In this document: piece by piece, positions 39,101 through 53,185 of the stretch
How the letters are laid out: every line of letters starts with the position of its first letter
Position numbering within the stretch: position 1 is the stretch's first letter
Assembly (NCBI GenBank): GCA_000165425.1
Contig: CT868036.1
Coordinates: 1 to 64,000, forward strand
DNA from: Paramecium tetraurelia
Lineage: Eukaryota
Direction: 5' to 3'
Length of the DNA stretch: 64,000 nt
Program-made: the position numbers and the translations under genes
The notes under the pieces: model-generated
Databases searched by the model: none
Told to the model about the DNA's origin: nothing
The model's input: only the letters and a program-made list of their open reading frames with translations

Positions 39101-42100
39101 GGTAATGAAGGCCATGAATTATGATGACAATGCATATTTTAAATGGATCAAAGGGTTTACTGGTTTATTATTAGTATGTTAAAGGAATTTATACCATTTA
39201 GTGTAATCAAGCTATTTTGAGGGGATGATGAATTTAGCAGTGGCATTAAACACTCTGATTTTGGGTTTGGATGGATTGATCTCAGAAGAAAGCAATGCAC
39301 TTCTGATCTAATTCAATTTTACATTCACCATTCTATTCACTATTGAATTGGGTTTGAAGTTGATGGCACTGGGGGCAATAAATTATATGAAAGATACCAT
39401 GAATATCTTTGATGCATTGATAGTGTGTTTGAGTTTGGTGGAGCTTTTCATTTTGGGAGGATCTAATGGAAAGTCTTCACTATCGGCATTCAGAGCTGTT
39501 AGAATATTTCGAGCATTTAGAGTTTTAAGGGTTACAAAACTGATGAAGAGCTTGCAATTCATGGGTTTCTTAATAAAAGTACTCTCAAACTCTTTTCAAT
39601 CTTTAATGTATATACTGTTATTGATGATTATATTCATCTTTATATTTACTCTATTGGGAATGTCCTTTTTTGGAGGATAATTAACTTACACTCCCAGTAG
39701 AGAGAATTTTGATAACTTGCAGAGTTCATTTCTTGTGGTGTTCTAAGTATTGACACTAGAAAATTGGAATTCTCTGTTGTATGAACTACTGTTATAGCCA
39801 TTAAGTCCTGTGATTACAATGATATATCTGGTGTTGTGGATTATGATTGGCAATTACGTCTTCTTGAATCTGTTTCTAGCTATTCTGCTGGAAAATTTCG
39901 AGGAAGAGTATAAGGTAGACAAGACAGGATTGGAATCCGATCTTCAAATGAGCAAAAATCATTCGACTACTTAAGCATTGCCAATTTCTACATTACAACA
40001 TTCAGGAGTCAATATTAACAACACCTAAAACTAGCTAATCAATCAGCCAATTTTGAGGAGAAGATCATAAGTGAAGATAACCTTTCACCATGATGATGCA
40101 ATATAGAAGAAGAAAGAGCCTGCCTTTATCTATTTTAGTGAATAAGGGATCTGCCAAAGTTCGTTATTTATTTTTAGTTAATAAAATTAATTCAGAAAGA
40201 TTGCATATCGAATAGTCAAGGACACCAAGTTTGAAGGGTTCATTCTTACCTTGATTTTTCTGACCAGCATGAAATTAGTTTTGGATACTTATATTCCTTC
40301 CTCAGGAGATTTGAAATTTTATTCATTGTAATTTGATATAGGATTCGCTATTTTATTTGGTTTGGAATGCATTCTGAAGATAGTGGCATTTGGATTTGCC
40401 TAAGAAGAAGCTTCTTATTTGAGAGAGTCTTGGAATGTTTTAGACTTCTTCATTGTCATTGCCTCTTTTGTAGATGTCAGTGTGTCTAGTATCAATTTAA
40501 GCTTTGTAAAGATCCTGAGATTGTTAAGAACTTTAAGACCACTTCGATTCATCACTCATAATAAGTCAATGAAAATTTTAGTAAGTGCTTTGTTATAGTC
40601 AATCAATGGGATCTTCAATGTGGGTATAGTCATAATCTTATCTTGGTTGATGTTTGCCATTTTGGGAGTGAGTTTGATGAAGAACAAACTTCATTATTGC
40701 AATTTAAATGACAACCAGACATACTATTATGGCAAGGATGATTGCATCAATAAATACCAAGGAGTATGGGATAACAGAGATATCAACTTTGATAATGTGC
40801 TTTAAGGCATGTTAACATTGTTCGTATTGTCGACTTTGGAAGGGTGGCCAGATTACATGTACTATTTTATTGATGCTGATGAATCTGGGCCAATTTTTGA
40901 TGCCCAATTGCAATTCTCTTGGTATTTTGTGATTTTTATTCTATTTGGAGCTATGCTTTTGATTAATTTATTTATTGGTGTCATTTTGGTCAATTACCAT
41001 TTAGCAGAAGAGGCATCAAGAGATTAGAATCTAACTTAGACTCAAAGTGATTGGCTTGATCTGTAGAAGTTAATCATACATTCAAATCCCAATATGGCTA
41101 TGTTTTTCCCTCCTGACAATAGTTTCAGAGCTCTCTTTTTCAAGCTGATCAAAAATAAGTATTTTGACCCCTTCATTATGACCATCATAGTTTTCAATAT
41201 CATCACTATGGGCTTGGCTAAGGAGGAGGCTTCAAAGCAATACGACTAAATTTTGAGTTATTTGAATATGTCATTCACATTCGTATTTATCCTGGAGGCA
41301 ATATTGAAATTAATAGCTTTGGGAATTATCGGGTATATGAGGAATAGTTGGAATTAGTTTGATTTTTTTGTGGTTTGCGCATCTATTTTGGATTTGGTCC
41401 TAGATTTTTCAGGGAATTCATTTGTGACATTCTTGAAAGTGGGCCCTCAAATTGCAAGAGTGTTTAGAGTGCTAAGAGTGACGAGATTGTTTAGATTGGT
41501 TAAATAATTTTAGGGATTACAAAAATTAATTGAAACAGCCCTGTACTCACTTCCTGCTATGCTTAATGTTACAGCTTTGTTGTTTCTGGTGTTTTTTATA
41601 TTTTCGATTTTGGGTGTCTTTTTATTTCAAGACATTAGAGAGGGTTAGGTGATTAGTGAAAGTAATAATTTCTAAGATTTTCATCATTCCTTTGAGATTT
41701 TATTTTAATGTTCAAGTGGAGAAGATTGGCATAAAATAATGTTTGATACTATGAAAGGAGGATAAGAGTATAATTGCGTATTCTTCGTCTTATTCATTAT
41801 TATCTAATAATATATTATGTTGAACCTATTTATCTTGATTATTTTAGATCAATATGAAGTAAATTACTTTAATTCAGATAATCCTCTGAATAAGTTTTAA
41901 GAGTTTGAAAATATCTTTGTTGAGAGTTGGTCAAAATTTGCGTATCAGGACAAAGGAATGAAAATGCATGGAACATCCTTGGTTAATTTGATGTTTGAAA
42001 TGGAATAGCCATTAGGTTATGAACTCAATAAAAGATTACAGGAAGACATCTAAGAATGGAAGAATATCAATCCTGATAACAAGGATGCCACTTAATTAGA

Positions 42101-42788
42101 TAAATTCAAATAGCAACTCCTTGTTGTTGCCAAAAAGAATGTTGCCACCTAAATAATGATGATGAACATCTATTCTGACTCTGAAGGCTATGTCAGATAT
42201 CATCAAGTCCTATTTGCAGTTCTTAAGAATTACCTATAAAAGAAATTGAATATCAACCTAACAGAAATAGGAGCGAAGAAAATACAATAAAAGGAGGATG
42301 AGACAAGACAAAAAATTACTAAGTTTGATGCTTCCAAATAAGAAAATCTAGTTAATCCTATTGTGCAATATCTATTTGTACTCATGGCTTTCAAGGCTAT
42401 GAAGAGATACAAATGTAAAAAGAAATTACAACAATAGAAATTGGCATAGTTATCCATCGTAGGTCAAGAGTATTTCAGCGATGAGAATAGTTCCAATACT
42501 TCCTATGATGGCAATGTGGAGATTCTGTCACGCAAAACTAGAGGGAGCATCATAAGAGTTGAACCAGAATATGGGCAGATTAAATACCTATCTGTTCCTA
42601 ATACTATGATCTATCAGAATAATTTAGCTTTAAATCAACAAGTAGTGAGTGAAAGTGACAATGATTAGAGTAGCGACAATTAATCATCAGATTAAGACGC
42701 CAACAAATTAAAAAGATTATAAACAATTTCACAAACCATAGAAGGCTTGAAAAGGAGAAAGAGTTAAAAGAAAACTTATAAAAAGTGA
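36113..42788 (+). CDS. Four-domain voltage-gated Ca2+ channel alpha-1 subunit (EEEE filter)
   Basis: Four 6TM repeats with S4 segments LRSFRVLRPLRT, AFRAVRIFRAFRVLRVTK, LRLLRTLRPLRF and ARVFRVLRVTRLFRL. Pore loops TTLEGW (E at 37224), LTLENW (39759), STLEGW (40839), SSGEDW (41721). TGA at 42786. Confidence 0.95.
37890..37943 (+). repeat. 18-nt coding tandem repeat x3 (SKNGDY-SKNGDY-SKNGDQ) in the channel I-II linker
   Basis: agcaaaaatggagattat agcaaaaacggagattat agcaaaaacggagattag. Confidence 0.9.
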
Positions 42789-42857
42789 ATATATAATTTA
42801 ACTAAAATATTACTTAATCTCTTTAAATGATTGCAATTGAACTCCCATTTAATAATA

Positions 42858-44943
42858 ATGTCTGTATTTTTATTGACCCTACTTAGACTTACTTCCCAAG
42901 AACCTTTGACAACTTCATAAATCAAAGTTTGCGATTCAAACAAAAATGCTGATTGTTCTGAAAACATGCTTATCTCATTGACAATTGAAAATTCATTCTC
43001 AACTTCAACAGAATAAATCTAAATCAATTCAACAATACTCAACAATCAAACTGTTTAATTGTCAACTCCATTTACACTTACAATTACAAAAACACCTGTC
43101 TATGCTTATTATCCATTAAAATATTTCCAAAATTACAATAGTCAACCTTATGAACTTTAAATCCCATCAGCAGTTAACCCTTGTGATGATAATTGGACTT
43201 CTAATTCGCCAACATGTGGATTCTAATATTCAAGCACTAATAAGGTTTAAGACAGCTAAGGCTTCTGTTGTTCTTGTGGATCCTCGGAATACAGTGGTTA
43301 AAATGATTAATCAGTCAGGATTAATATTTGCAAAAATGCTTCGGTTGCTACTATGGCTTTTTGTCTTAGATATTCTCCCCTTTGGTATAGGTAAACTTTT
43401 GTAATTTATTATTCTAAGCTCTTACAATATATCCAAATTTGTAATCCATTATAACATTACTATTTCTATTAAGTACTCCAATGATGAAGTTGAATAATAC
43501 ACACTAGGGAGTGAAGTAAAAGAAGTTAAAGGTGAGTCTTCTATCGCTAAAATTATTTCAGATTATATTCCATCAAACTAGCCACCATCCTTAGAGTCCT
43601 TTATGCTAATGAAACCTAGTTCACCTACCAGTCATAATAGGGTATAAGCTGGATCAGCAGCCTATATGTTTGTACCTAAAGAATTTTTAGGGTAAGGAGA
43701 ATGTAACAAAATTGGAGTTTCATATACTTCATTTAAAAATGAAAGAAATAGTTGCAAAAAGTTAATAAGGTCTTGCTTATAAAATTAATTAGAGGATCTA
43801 TATCAGAATGATATTGCTTAACTTAATAACAATTCTTAACCTACCTATTTGATATAAAAATATGGGGAATTTAAGTAAATCAACATCAATAATGATTAAT
43901 ACCTTTAATTTAGCATTGATCAATAAATGTTCACGACTATAACATTGGAAATCAATACAACTGGTCGCATTTCTTATATTGGGAATAAATAAGAAAGTGT
44001 GAAAGGATAAATAGATTTAGTTGAAATTCATAATTTTTCGATTGCATCAGGATCTGGTTTATTGTATGCTTAAATTACCAATACTGGAGGTAGTTTAAGT
44101 GAATTTAAGAGCTTTTTTAATTGTTCTACGAATACTATCACAATAAATTCTACAGAACTTGAGCCATTGTAGAGTATAATAATTTAATAAGACATAAATG
44201 TTTCAATTGATATCAAAAAATCAACTAGCTGTAATTTTAGTTTATTAAGTAATGAAGGAGCTCTTTTGGATTGGAAAATTGTCTATCTTAACTAATTTGA
44301 TAATAATACAAATCAATCGAATAATTACAATTAAACAATTACTAGTGAAGGAAAAGTGTGTGAAATAAAGTGTTCTCAATTCATTGACATTTCTTGTTAT
44401 TTGTAGAATAATTGTGAAAAGGATGCAATCACTTTTTTTACTGTTTTAGGTGGAATATTATTAACTTTTTCTTTTTGTTGCCTTTATGTAGGATAAAAAA
44501 GAAATTCATGTTGTTTTTGGTCTAAAAATAAAAGAATGTCAATTATTCCACCTTTAGAAAGTGTATTGTATCAATAAAATAGCTAAATGAAGAGAAGAAT
44601 TGGAGGATCAGAGTCATCTTATGAATAGATTTCTTAGTTATAAATTTCAATATTAAGTGCCAATCTAAATAAGATAATGTACTTAAACTTGGCGTTGGGC
44701 ACAGATCCTATTTCTAATCACCTTCAATCAGATGCATCATTTGAAGTGTTGGCAACTTATTAGAATAAGGATTTAGTAGAGTTGTCAATAAAAAGGAGAA
44801 GCCCTTTTGTAAGAATATTTAAAGAGATATACGGTTTGTAAGATGCAGATAGGAATGTAAAGAAGTACTTGGAAGGGAAGAGGGAGTCGATTTATTTATT
44901 CAGCAATTTACTAACAGAATTTCCACTCTTTAGCATTTATTGA
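42858..44943 (+). CDS. HAP2: HAP2/GCS1 class II gamete membrane fusogen
   Basis: Signal peptide MSVFLLTLLRLTS; TITKTPVYAYYPLKY; PTCG...DSQGFCCSC; AFCLRYSPLWY; HAP2-GCS1 motif GECNKIGVSYTSFQNE...C...SCLQNQLEDLY; single TM (FFTVLGGILLTFSFCCLY); intron ~43391-43418; TGA at 44941. Confidence 0.95.
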
Positions 44944-44974
44944 GGATGAACATAAGACCTGTTTGTACTATTAT

Positions 44975-46749
44975 TCATTTATAGATAGTCTCATTTATGG
45001 CCATTTCAATTTATTTTTGTAAATCTTCATACAAGAGGGATTTAAACTTGTCCTTTTCGGTGGCACTAGTTTATAGCTAATTAATTTTGTTTCTAATGGC
45101 TTTGATTTCTTCTTAGAGTGTTTCAGTGTACTCTTTCATTTGCTATTCACTTTTTTTCTATTCCAAGCCTTCAAACAAATATTAAAGTAATCTTCTCACA
45201 TTTGAGTAGACTTTTCTGACTTCTGCATAAAATTCTTTTTCTCTCTCTTCCTGTCTCTTGATGGTGCTTACTGAAATTTTAAAGCTTAATTTGTAGTCTT
45301 CTTTAATTGCTTAATAGATGTCAACCTCTTTGTAAAATTATTATGATTAAAATTACTAGTAAATTTTTTGTCATAATCGAAGGAGTTAATGGATTGGAGA
45401 ATGTAATTTCGATCTCTTTCCCACTCGGAATTGGTTTAGTATTATTTTTTAACAAGTGGAGCTGTCTTTTGAAGTGCCTTGACCTTTGATTTGGGTTGTT
45501 CATCGAGTTGGACTCCATCATTCTCCAATTCGAGTTGGCCTAGGAACGAGGGATCTAGTATGGTTCCCTGTGCTCTTTGATCTTAATTATGATATTTATA
45601 TTTACAAATCACTTCTTCATTCATGGGATCTTGCTACATTGTTTTCAACCCGCTAATCGCTATTTTTATATTAATTTAAATAATTTACCTATGGCTTCCT
45701 CATCGTAATTGTAATCGTTCACCAAATTGAAATTAGTCTGCTCTAATTAATTTAACTAAGAATTACATGCGAGTTCATCGATAATTTTCAGCCCAAAGGT
45801 CTTGATGTACTATTTTCCCAATTCTGTATTAATTAATTATTATTCATGAATATTCTTGAATGACTAGACGTAGGACTGATGTTGAGCCCCCTTTTCATCT
45901 CCGTACTTATTCGCTTAGGTCTACTCCTTTCCCTTTGTCTTCTTGGGAGGACGGTTTCTCATGTAGGGATTGTCATCTTGTTCTGTGTTGAGTTTGATGT
46001 CATTGATCAATTGGAGCTAATCCACGTACTTGAGCTTATCATTTGGACTCAATTTGTAAATGCTGCAATAAGACATGAGCTCCTACAGTACAGCATCCAA
46101 ATTATTGGTGTAAGCATTCTGACATTCACTGATTAGATTCCTCTTCATCTCCTGAATCGGTTTTTAGTGATTCCAAAATTGCTCTTAGCTCACTATTTTA
46201 ATTTTCTTTCTTATTATGTCCCCCTTGTAATTGTCACTGACTTCTTGGTTGTTTTGCAAGAGATTCTTCTACAGCGTTAATTGGAATGGGATTTTGTGTA
46301 ATTCGGGCAATTTCAAGAGGAAGGCCTAAAACCTCTTGATGTCATCCTTGCCCATTTCTATTATGATATGAGACCAAAATTCCATAAATTTGAGACACGT
46401 TTAATCTTGAAGCTAAGTTTTATTATTAACTTTCAATTTTGTGAATTGCTATCTCTAATTCAATGGCAATCGCTATTAATCAAAGAATTTTTAGGGAATG
46501 TCGCTGAATAAAATGGGAGGATCAACCTCAAAAAACTGAAAATTTTTCTTATCCAAAAACAACAGTCTAAAATTTGAAGGGATTATATAAGGATCTAAAA
46601 TCCATCAAATTTTTATTACCGCTTACATATTTCTCTTTAACATACAATCTGCAAAGGAAAAGATATTTGAAATCTATTTTCTCCTCCGGTAACAAATAAT
46701 CTAATATGGACTTATATATTTTGAATCTGAGCTGAGGGGCCAATTCCAT
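44975..46749 (-). CDS. Hypothetical protein with C-terminal coiled coil
   Basis: MELAPQLRFKIYKSILDYLLPEEKIDF... The frame stays open in table 6 after removing three tiny GTA..AG introns and ends ...AINETIYK-TGA. Confidence 0.7.
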
Positions 46750-46801
46750 TATTAATATAATTATTGATATACTTTTTTATATATAATTTCAACAACAAAT
46801 A

Positions 46802-48449
46802 TCACAAGTTCCTACTCAACTCTAAAATGCTCTTCTCAAGATTTGTATTCATCTAAGCTAATTAATTAATGAAATCTCTCTAGTAGGGTTTAATAGATAA
46901 CTTACTTAATTGACTTGAACTTCCTTGACGTGGATGATATCACTCTTAATCTCAATCTCCAACAACCTCGATTTCTACCAAAACTTACTAAGAACACTTG
47001 ATTCAAAGGCATTTTCATTCAAGGCTGCGTTATTTCTCTCAATGTACAATGAGACATACTTCTCAGGAAGCAACTAAATGGATGTATCTTTGATTTACTT
47101 TGTTAAAATGCTGGTAGGTTATTTGATTATAAAGACGTAACACTTATTCAACATCATTGATTTTCTTGGCTTCCAAGACTTCTTTCAACAACTTATCCTT
47201 CATGTCTATGACTATCTCATTTGGATTAAGTTCCTATTCAGTTTGGAATTCCTTCAAATTCTTGATTGTGTTGGTTATCTTAGGACAGGATTATAAGAGG
47301 ACTTCTCCAATGGTTTGTTGGTCATACTTCAACATTTTCTCGTATTTCTCAAATAGTTTGTTTCTGCTCTCCTTTAAGAGAGTGATGATATTGTCTTCAA
47401 TTTCAGGGGTAAAATAAAGATGTTATAGCCAACAATGCCAATATTTTCTCATGTTGCTTGATTAAACTATCATATTGATAGGATTTTGTATATAACTATT
47501 TATATTTATTGAAGTAATTCACAATCAGAGTTAAGGTAAGATTAGCTTTCTTATATTCCTTATTCAATAAGAAACAGAATCCAGTGTAACTGAATAATGA
47601 TTAATAGGCTCCACCTGATTTGCTGTAAATAATCAATTCTGAATGTTGAATCTATGACAACATAGTATAAGCAGCATTAAAATTGCCAGACATCACATGT
47701 AATTTGGCAGTGGCTAAATAGGAATAATAGGCTAAATATTGCAAAGTGTTTTAGACTGAACTGTTTCGTTGAGCATAGAATCCCTCCAAGGTTTTGAGCA
47801 TCTCCTCCAGATTCCAGTAGTCTTGTATGTTTTTCAATTGAGTAATTTCGTCGTTCTTCAATAACTTCCTCCATCTGGATGACACATAAAATTGGTAGAC
47901 ATACTCATCCAAGATGTCCCAAATCCAACTTGGAGGGAGGGGAAGATCAATGTTTTGCCTAATTCAGCATGTTGTATACTTTTATTGGAGTGCTGCAAAG
48001 AGCAATTAGTAATTTTGCCATGACTCTATTGAAGTTTACAAATTGAATTGTTGTTGCACACTTTAGAATGCATGTCTATAGCAACTCTCATTGAAGAGCA
48101 ATTTGGTAATCGAGTCGAATTCATCATTGAAAGCCTCCTCCAAACTTTCAGCCAATGGGAATAGGGTGTCCTGTTTGATGTGATATGAATTTGATACCTT
48201 ATAAAGTGTATTGCAATAAATTTTATTGAAAACTGTGTCGTACAATTCAAGAGACACAGCCAATGTTTGCACTCTTTGTTGAGGACTGCTGATCTTGGTT
48301 CTGAGATTCTTTTCCAAAGATTGCATGAATTGATAGGCAGCTTTTTTCTTTTGATCATCATCTACAACGACTTTCTCAGACTCAGCTGATTGCTTAAGAT
48401 TATAATTAGGAAAGTCATCTAAACTGGATGGAAGTTCTTGTTCGTACAT
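46802..48449 (-). CDS. eIF3L: Eukaryotic translation initiation factor 3 subunit L (divergent)
   Basis: LYDTVFNKI...FPLAESL...KLLFNESCYRHAF resembles LILYKELYYRHIY. LPPSWIWDILDEYVYQF resembles LPNQWLWDIIDEFIYQF. Also LLQSCPKI, and IKSDIIHVKE...RDFINQL resembling IDKDMIHIAD...DFFIRQI. Confidence 0.82.
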
Positions 48450-48500
48450 TAAAAATTAATTATAATTTATAATTATTTGTTAAATATATATGTTGTTCAT

Positions 48501-50314
48501 TCACTTTTGAACAAATTAAGTAGCAAAAGCAATGCTACTAATACTTTATCTAGCCACTCTAAATTTTTGTTAAACCTATTCATTTTTAGTTTCAGGAATA
48601 TAAGCTTTAATTCCCCACTGATTTTTCCTAGGTTCTGCAGGCTGTTATTACTTCATCAGATAAACAGCCTACTTATAGAATCCATCATAGCCTTATTCAC
48701 TTAATCGAGGCATGTATCTGTTCATTGTTACAGATCTTCCTCGATTATTGTCTTATTCGATCGAATTTATGCTCTCATTATTCTCTACAGTATCATCATC
48801 TTCATCCTCATTACTTTATACTTCTGAGTTTATATCTTAATGCACCAGCAATTGAGATCGAAATAAATATTTATCATTCTCATCTAGGTCGTTATTCTAA
48901 CAAATATGGAACTGCCTTCCAAGTAGTACCTGAGGACCTTGCTCTTTTTATTTCTTCTTTTTTGGACTAGATGCTGTACTGCTGCATCTACTACTGGAGT
49001 CATCGTATCGATCCCAATAATCGTTGATCACTCTGCAAGGCTCCTTCTAGCAATAAACAAAAAAGGAGAATGATCTTTTCAGAGTCCTATTCAGGTGTAT
49101 GACCTTGTTGCAGACAGTCCATTAGGGATTACATGTCACTTTATCTAAACTAGGAGACTCATTTCCAAGACTCTACTCATGTTCCTTCTCGAGGATCTTT
49201 CTGAACATATCTCTTGCTTCAAATAAAGGCTTTTTCTTTATTTAGATTTGATTGACGATAAATCGGAATTCATGTATGTTGTTATATTCTTTGAGACTCT
49301 TCTTAAAGAATTCCAATAGATCTCCAAAATCTGAAAATTTCAACAAATCCTTTTCAAAAATGAACAATATTGCTATTGCTGAAGCTATTAATGCTCTATT
49401 CCCTTGAACCATGACTCTCATCCATATCTCTTTAACTATGTCTATATGCAAATTTGGAGTAAATAGGCACACAAACCATTGTATGGCATAAAAGTTAGCT
49501 TCCAAGTAAATCTCCTTGAAATGCTGTAGTAATTGAGGTACATAGATCTTACTGAAATACTCGAGAATTTTGGTGTCGACCATAACACTTATCATATTTG
49601 TGTAATAATCTAATGGCATTATTTCCTCGATTAATGAACTCAATGCCCAAAAGGTCTATTAATTTTACTATCAAACTTACATCCTCTTCGGAAAATTTTA
49701 ACTTATTAACCAAAAAGTGCGTAATAAAATTTAAACCTTGACAATAGGAGACAAAAGGATTTCTGATAGAATATGCAACCAGAATCCTTTCTATTTTGGC
49801 TTCGTATTCGTGATTTCTCTCGTAAGTTCTGTCATTGTTCTTGATTCTCAGGGAGGGTGAAACAGTTCTTACGACATCCTCTAATTTTATTTTGACAACC
49901 ATACCAATTAAATTGTTTGAAAATAGGACTGGGGATAGTCCGTTCTGAGTTTGGTGACTTCATCGTACACATCAGGATTTTGAACTCTTTTTGTTCTTGC
50001 CCCTGACAACTCCAATAATACCCTAAGGATTGGAACAAAGAGGTTACCAGTTGTAATTCATTTCATGCAATTCACCCTATAGTATTATCTTCTTGAGTGT
50101 CTTTCGTAATTCTGTCGAGTAACAAAGTGTTTTAAAATGTTGCTTAAGATACTTGTTTTTAGATTATCATTTATGATACTTGATTGATTTACTCCTTGAT
50201 CAAAGTGATGTCCTTCTCAGGAGTTCTCGCATGATGATTATATCTATTCAACTCAAGAGTGGTGAGACATTAACACAACTTCTCGTACACTTGCACTCTT
50301 CCATTATTATTCAT
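48501..50314 (-). CDS. TBC-domain Rab GTPase-activating protein
   Basis: R-finger IQL-DVVRT, Q-finger YCQGLNF, RILVAYSIRNPFVSY, YAIQWFVCLF, EIW. Several tiny introns; TGA at 48501. Confidence 0.9.
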
Positions 50315-50420
50315 ATTTGATTTTAATCAATATTTATTGGGAAAATTGATTTATTACAAAAATATAAACATCGAAAATCATCAAAATTTATAATAAAAAT
50401 GAGAAAAATAAATATTTTTA

Positions 50421-50834
50421 ATGCTTAAATTACACAAAAGAGAAGAACTCAAAGAGATCCTCTATAGGAAATCCCCACAAAATAATGATCTCTCAAAGCT
50501 TCAGAGGAGTGCGTTAATGCAATTGGATAATCACACCACTGAAGAACTATAATCCAACCAAAAAGCTCCTGGAGGAAGTCCTGCCCATATCAGAATCAAC
50601 CTTCAGCAATTCGCCCTCCCTAAAATTCAACATACAACCAACATTAAAACCAACAAATATATTGGAGAGTACAACAATATGTTAGGTATCATAACAAGCA
50701 AACACTAAATCCCCTATCGTAATTGCACTTACAGAAGTGCGTCCTATTATCACAATACTGATCAATTTATAGAAAAACAGAATTATGTGATCAATTAATT
50801 CATTCGTCCTAGGAAATTGGGAACCTTCAAATGA
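50421..50834 (+). CDS. Small hypothetical protein
   Basis: 137-aa table-6 ORF MLKLHKREELKEILYRKSP...RPRKLGTFK-TGA, more GC-rich than its flanks. Confidence 0.6.
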
Positions 50835-51049
50835 GATACAATATTTATTTATTCTAGTTAAGATCTTTCGTAAGATAACATTATCTCAATTTCATTTAAT
50901 CATTATTTAATTTACATCACCATAGATTAATCATTGTAAGAATTGTTCGCAATCCTGAAGTTAATTATTGTCTTATAGGTGTCCTTCTAAGAGTCTGTAA
51001 TTGGAAAATATTATTATAATAATAATAAAATAATTCTCACAAAACACTC

Positions 51050-51404
51050 ATGATTTCACAAACTCAGACAATTAGTCAAACAAGTTAAACGATATTACAT
51101 CTCAATAGCAGTGAATCACATGAGGTAGAGTAGCAAACGTAAAAGAAAGAAAAAAAGAAAAGATCTGTTCAATGGACAGAGGATACTGTTGATAATGAAA
51201 ATCTAGGAAAGCTCAAATCTAATAGTAAACTTATCAATTAACTTGAAATTAGTTTGTTGCATTTATCATAAACCACACACGGAAGAATCAGAAAGTTCAG
51301 ATACTTGTACAAGTGATGATGAGATCAATGCCATAGAAAGAGATAAATAATCAAAACTAAGACATAAAATGAAATGCTCCAAAAAAAATAAGAAGTGTTG
51401 CTGA
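51050..51404 (+). CDS. YPI1: Protein phosphatase 1 inhibitor-3 (Ypi1/PPP1R11 family)
   Basis: [31 protein letters not shown] (RVxW-type PP1 docking motif plus CCIYHK). 28-nt intron at 51225-51252. Confidence 0.92.
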
Positions 51405-51448
51405 TAATTGTTTTTAAAAATTTATTCGATATATATATATTTTTAATT

Positions 51449-52138
51449 ATGCTTAAGTCCATTACAGAATTGTACGATCAAGAAATGTCAAAATTTATGC
51501 AATCTAATCAAAATTTAGACAGCAAATCAAATATTTCTTATAATGTAGTTCTGTTGATGACCAATAAAAGGGTTTTGTTAGAAGCGATATCAAGCAGCGT
51601 TGCCAACATTCATAAAAACATCTGAAAATTACCCGAAGTCATAACATCAGCCCTAGCCTAGGCTAATATGATGTCTCTTACAAAGGACTTGATACTCATC
51701 GATATGAAGTCAATTTTGGGAGCCCAAGGGGTGTTCAAAAACCAACAGACGAGATGCCAAGGACTGTCAGGATTAGTCCTTTTAACAATCAATTAAAATA
51801 GCATTCTATTAAGGGTGGAACTGACTTTGAAAAATAAGTTAGCCGAGAATAGATGTATTTGATTAGAGGTTGGCTTAAATTTGATAAGAGCATGCGTGCT
51901 CCCAAAAGATCTTTGGAGGAAAAATTGCGTTAACTTGAAGTTGGTCAAGAAGCCTTGCTCAAATTCCCATCTATAGATGTAAAGGAAAATCCCTTATTAT
52001 AAATGAAAGTTTCTCATCTACCTCATGATTATGAGAAGATGAGATAAATTAGCAGATAATACCTGTATATATTTCAATTCTTATTCAAGGTAAAAATACC
52101 ATATTAAAGAATCAGCTTTAAGATTCTATAGCCCATGA
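51449..52138 (+). CDS. Hypothetical protein
   Basis: Open table-6 frame ~51571-52064 (GFVRSDIKQRCQH...SPSLGQYDVSYKGLD...). It joins ATG 51449 through an inferred 23-nt intron, with a second intron near 52064-52089. Confidence 0.55.
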
Positions 52139-52303
52139 ATACTTATTGTTTATTGTAAGAATTGTGAGATCAAAGTACTTCTGTATTTAAATTATCAAAA
52201 CTTAATATATTTCTATAATGATATTTTCTATTATTATTAAGATAACTGTTCTTAATAAAAATACGACATTTTAAAAATTAATAATTCTATTAATAATTCA
52301 CAC

Positions 52304-53185
52304 ATGTCTTCCGAAATGGATTTTCTTAGTATTTAAAAAGTGATTGGTGAAAAAAAAAGTGATATTCTTGATTTGGTTCGAAATAGAAAGGAACGCCAAG
52401 AATCATAAAGGGATTATAAACAAGTTGATAAACATTCAAAAAGATAACAAATTCATTATTTAAAAACTAATTAAAAGTTAAGACAAATTTTGAAAAAATA
52501 ACAAATGGATGAAGGAGATCCCTAGGATTAATGGAAAATAAAGATTCCTGGAAAAATAGAACATAATTAAATAAGTCAAGAGGAGTTAAAAAAGATGATA
52601 GAAGATGATGAGTAGTTAAAGACCTTACCATTACTTGATATTCAAATTAAAGAGTAATATTTCTTAAGAAAAATTGAAAATCACAACAACTAACTATAAT
52701 TAAAACAACAATACTAAGAATTAAAATTAAAAAACGATTTATTAGAATAAAAAAGTGAGGAATAATTAAAATTAGAGCTCTTAAGAATAAAATACAAACA
52801 CAAAGAAATTCTAGATCAATTAGAACAAAAACAAGAAAAAAAGTGGAAGTCATTCTCTGAATTCCAAAAAAATATGAAATAGTTATAAGAGGAACATAAT
52901 TAGTTTATAAAGTAATAATAATATTAATAACAAAAATAAAAAGACGAATAGAAGGAAGAATAATTCAAAAATGAATAGGAAAAAGAAAAAAATTATATTG
53001 ATATCCTCTTTAAAAAAACTAAAGTCTTATCTGAAGACAACTTAGAGTGCTCAATTTGCTCACAAGAATTCCGAAATGGTGAAAAATTAGCTTTATTGAA
53101 TTGTATTCATAGATTCCATGAAATTTGCTTTAAGTAATGGAGTTAAAAGTCAAATTAATGTCCCTACTGCCAATACCGTATTTGA
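52304..53185 (+). CDS. RING-H2 finger protein (putative E3 ubiquitin ligase) with coiled-coil N-terminus
   Basis: C-terminal CSICSQEFRNGEKLALLNCIHRFHEICFKQWSQKSNQCPYC. Start and stop are in frame (293 aa if intronless). Confidence 0.9.
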
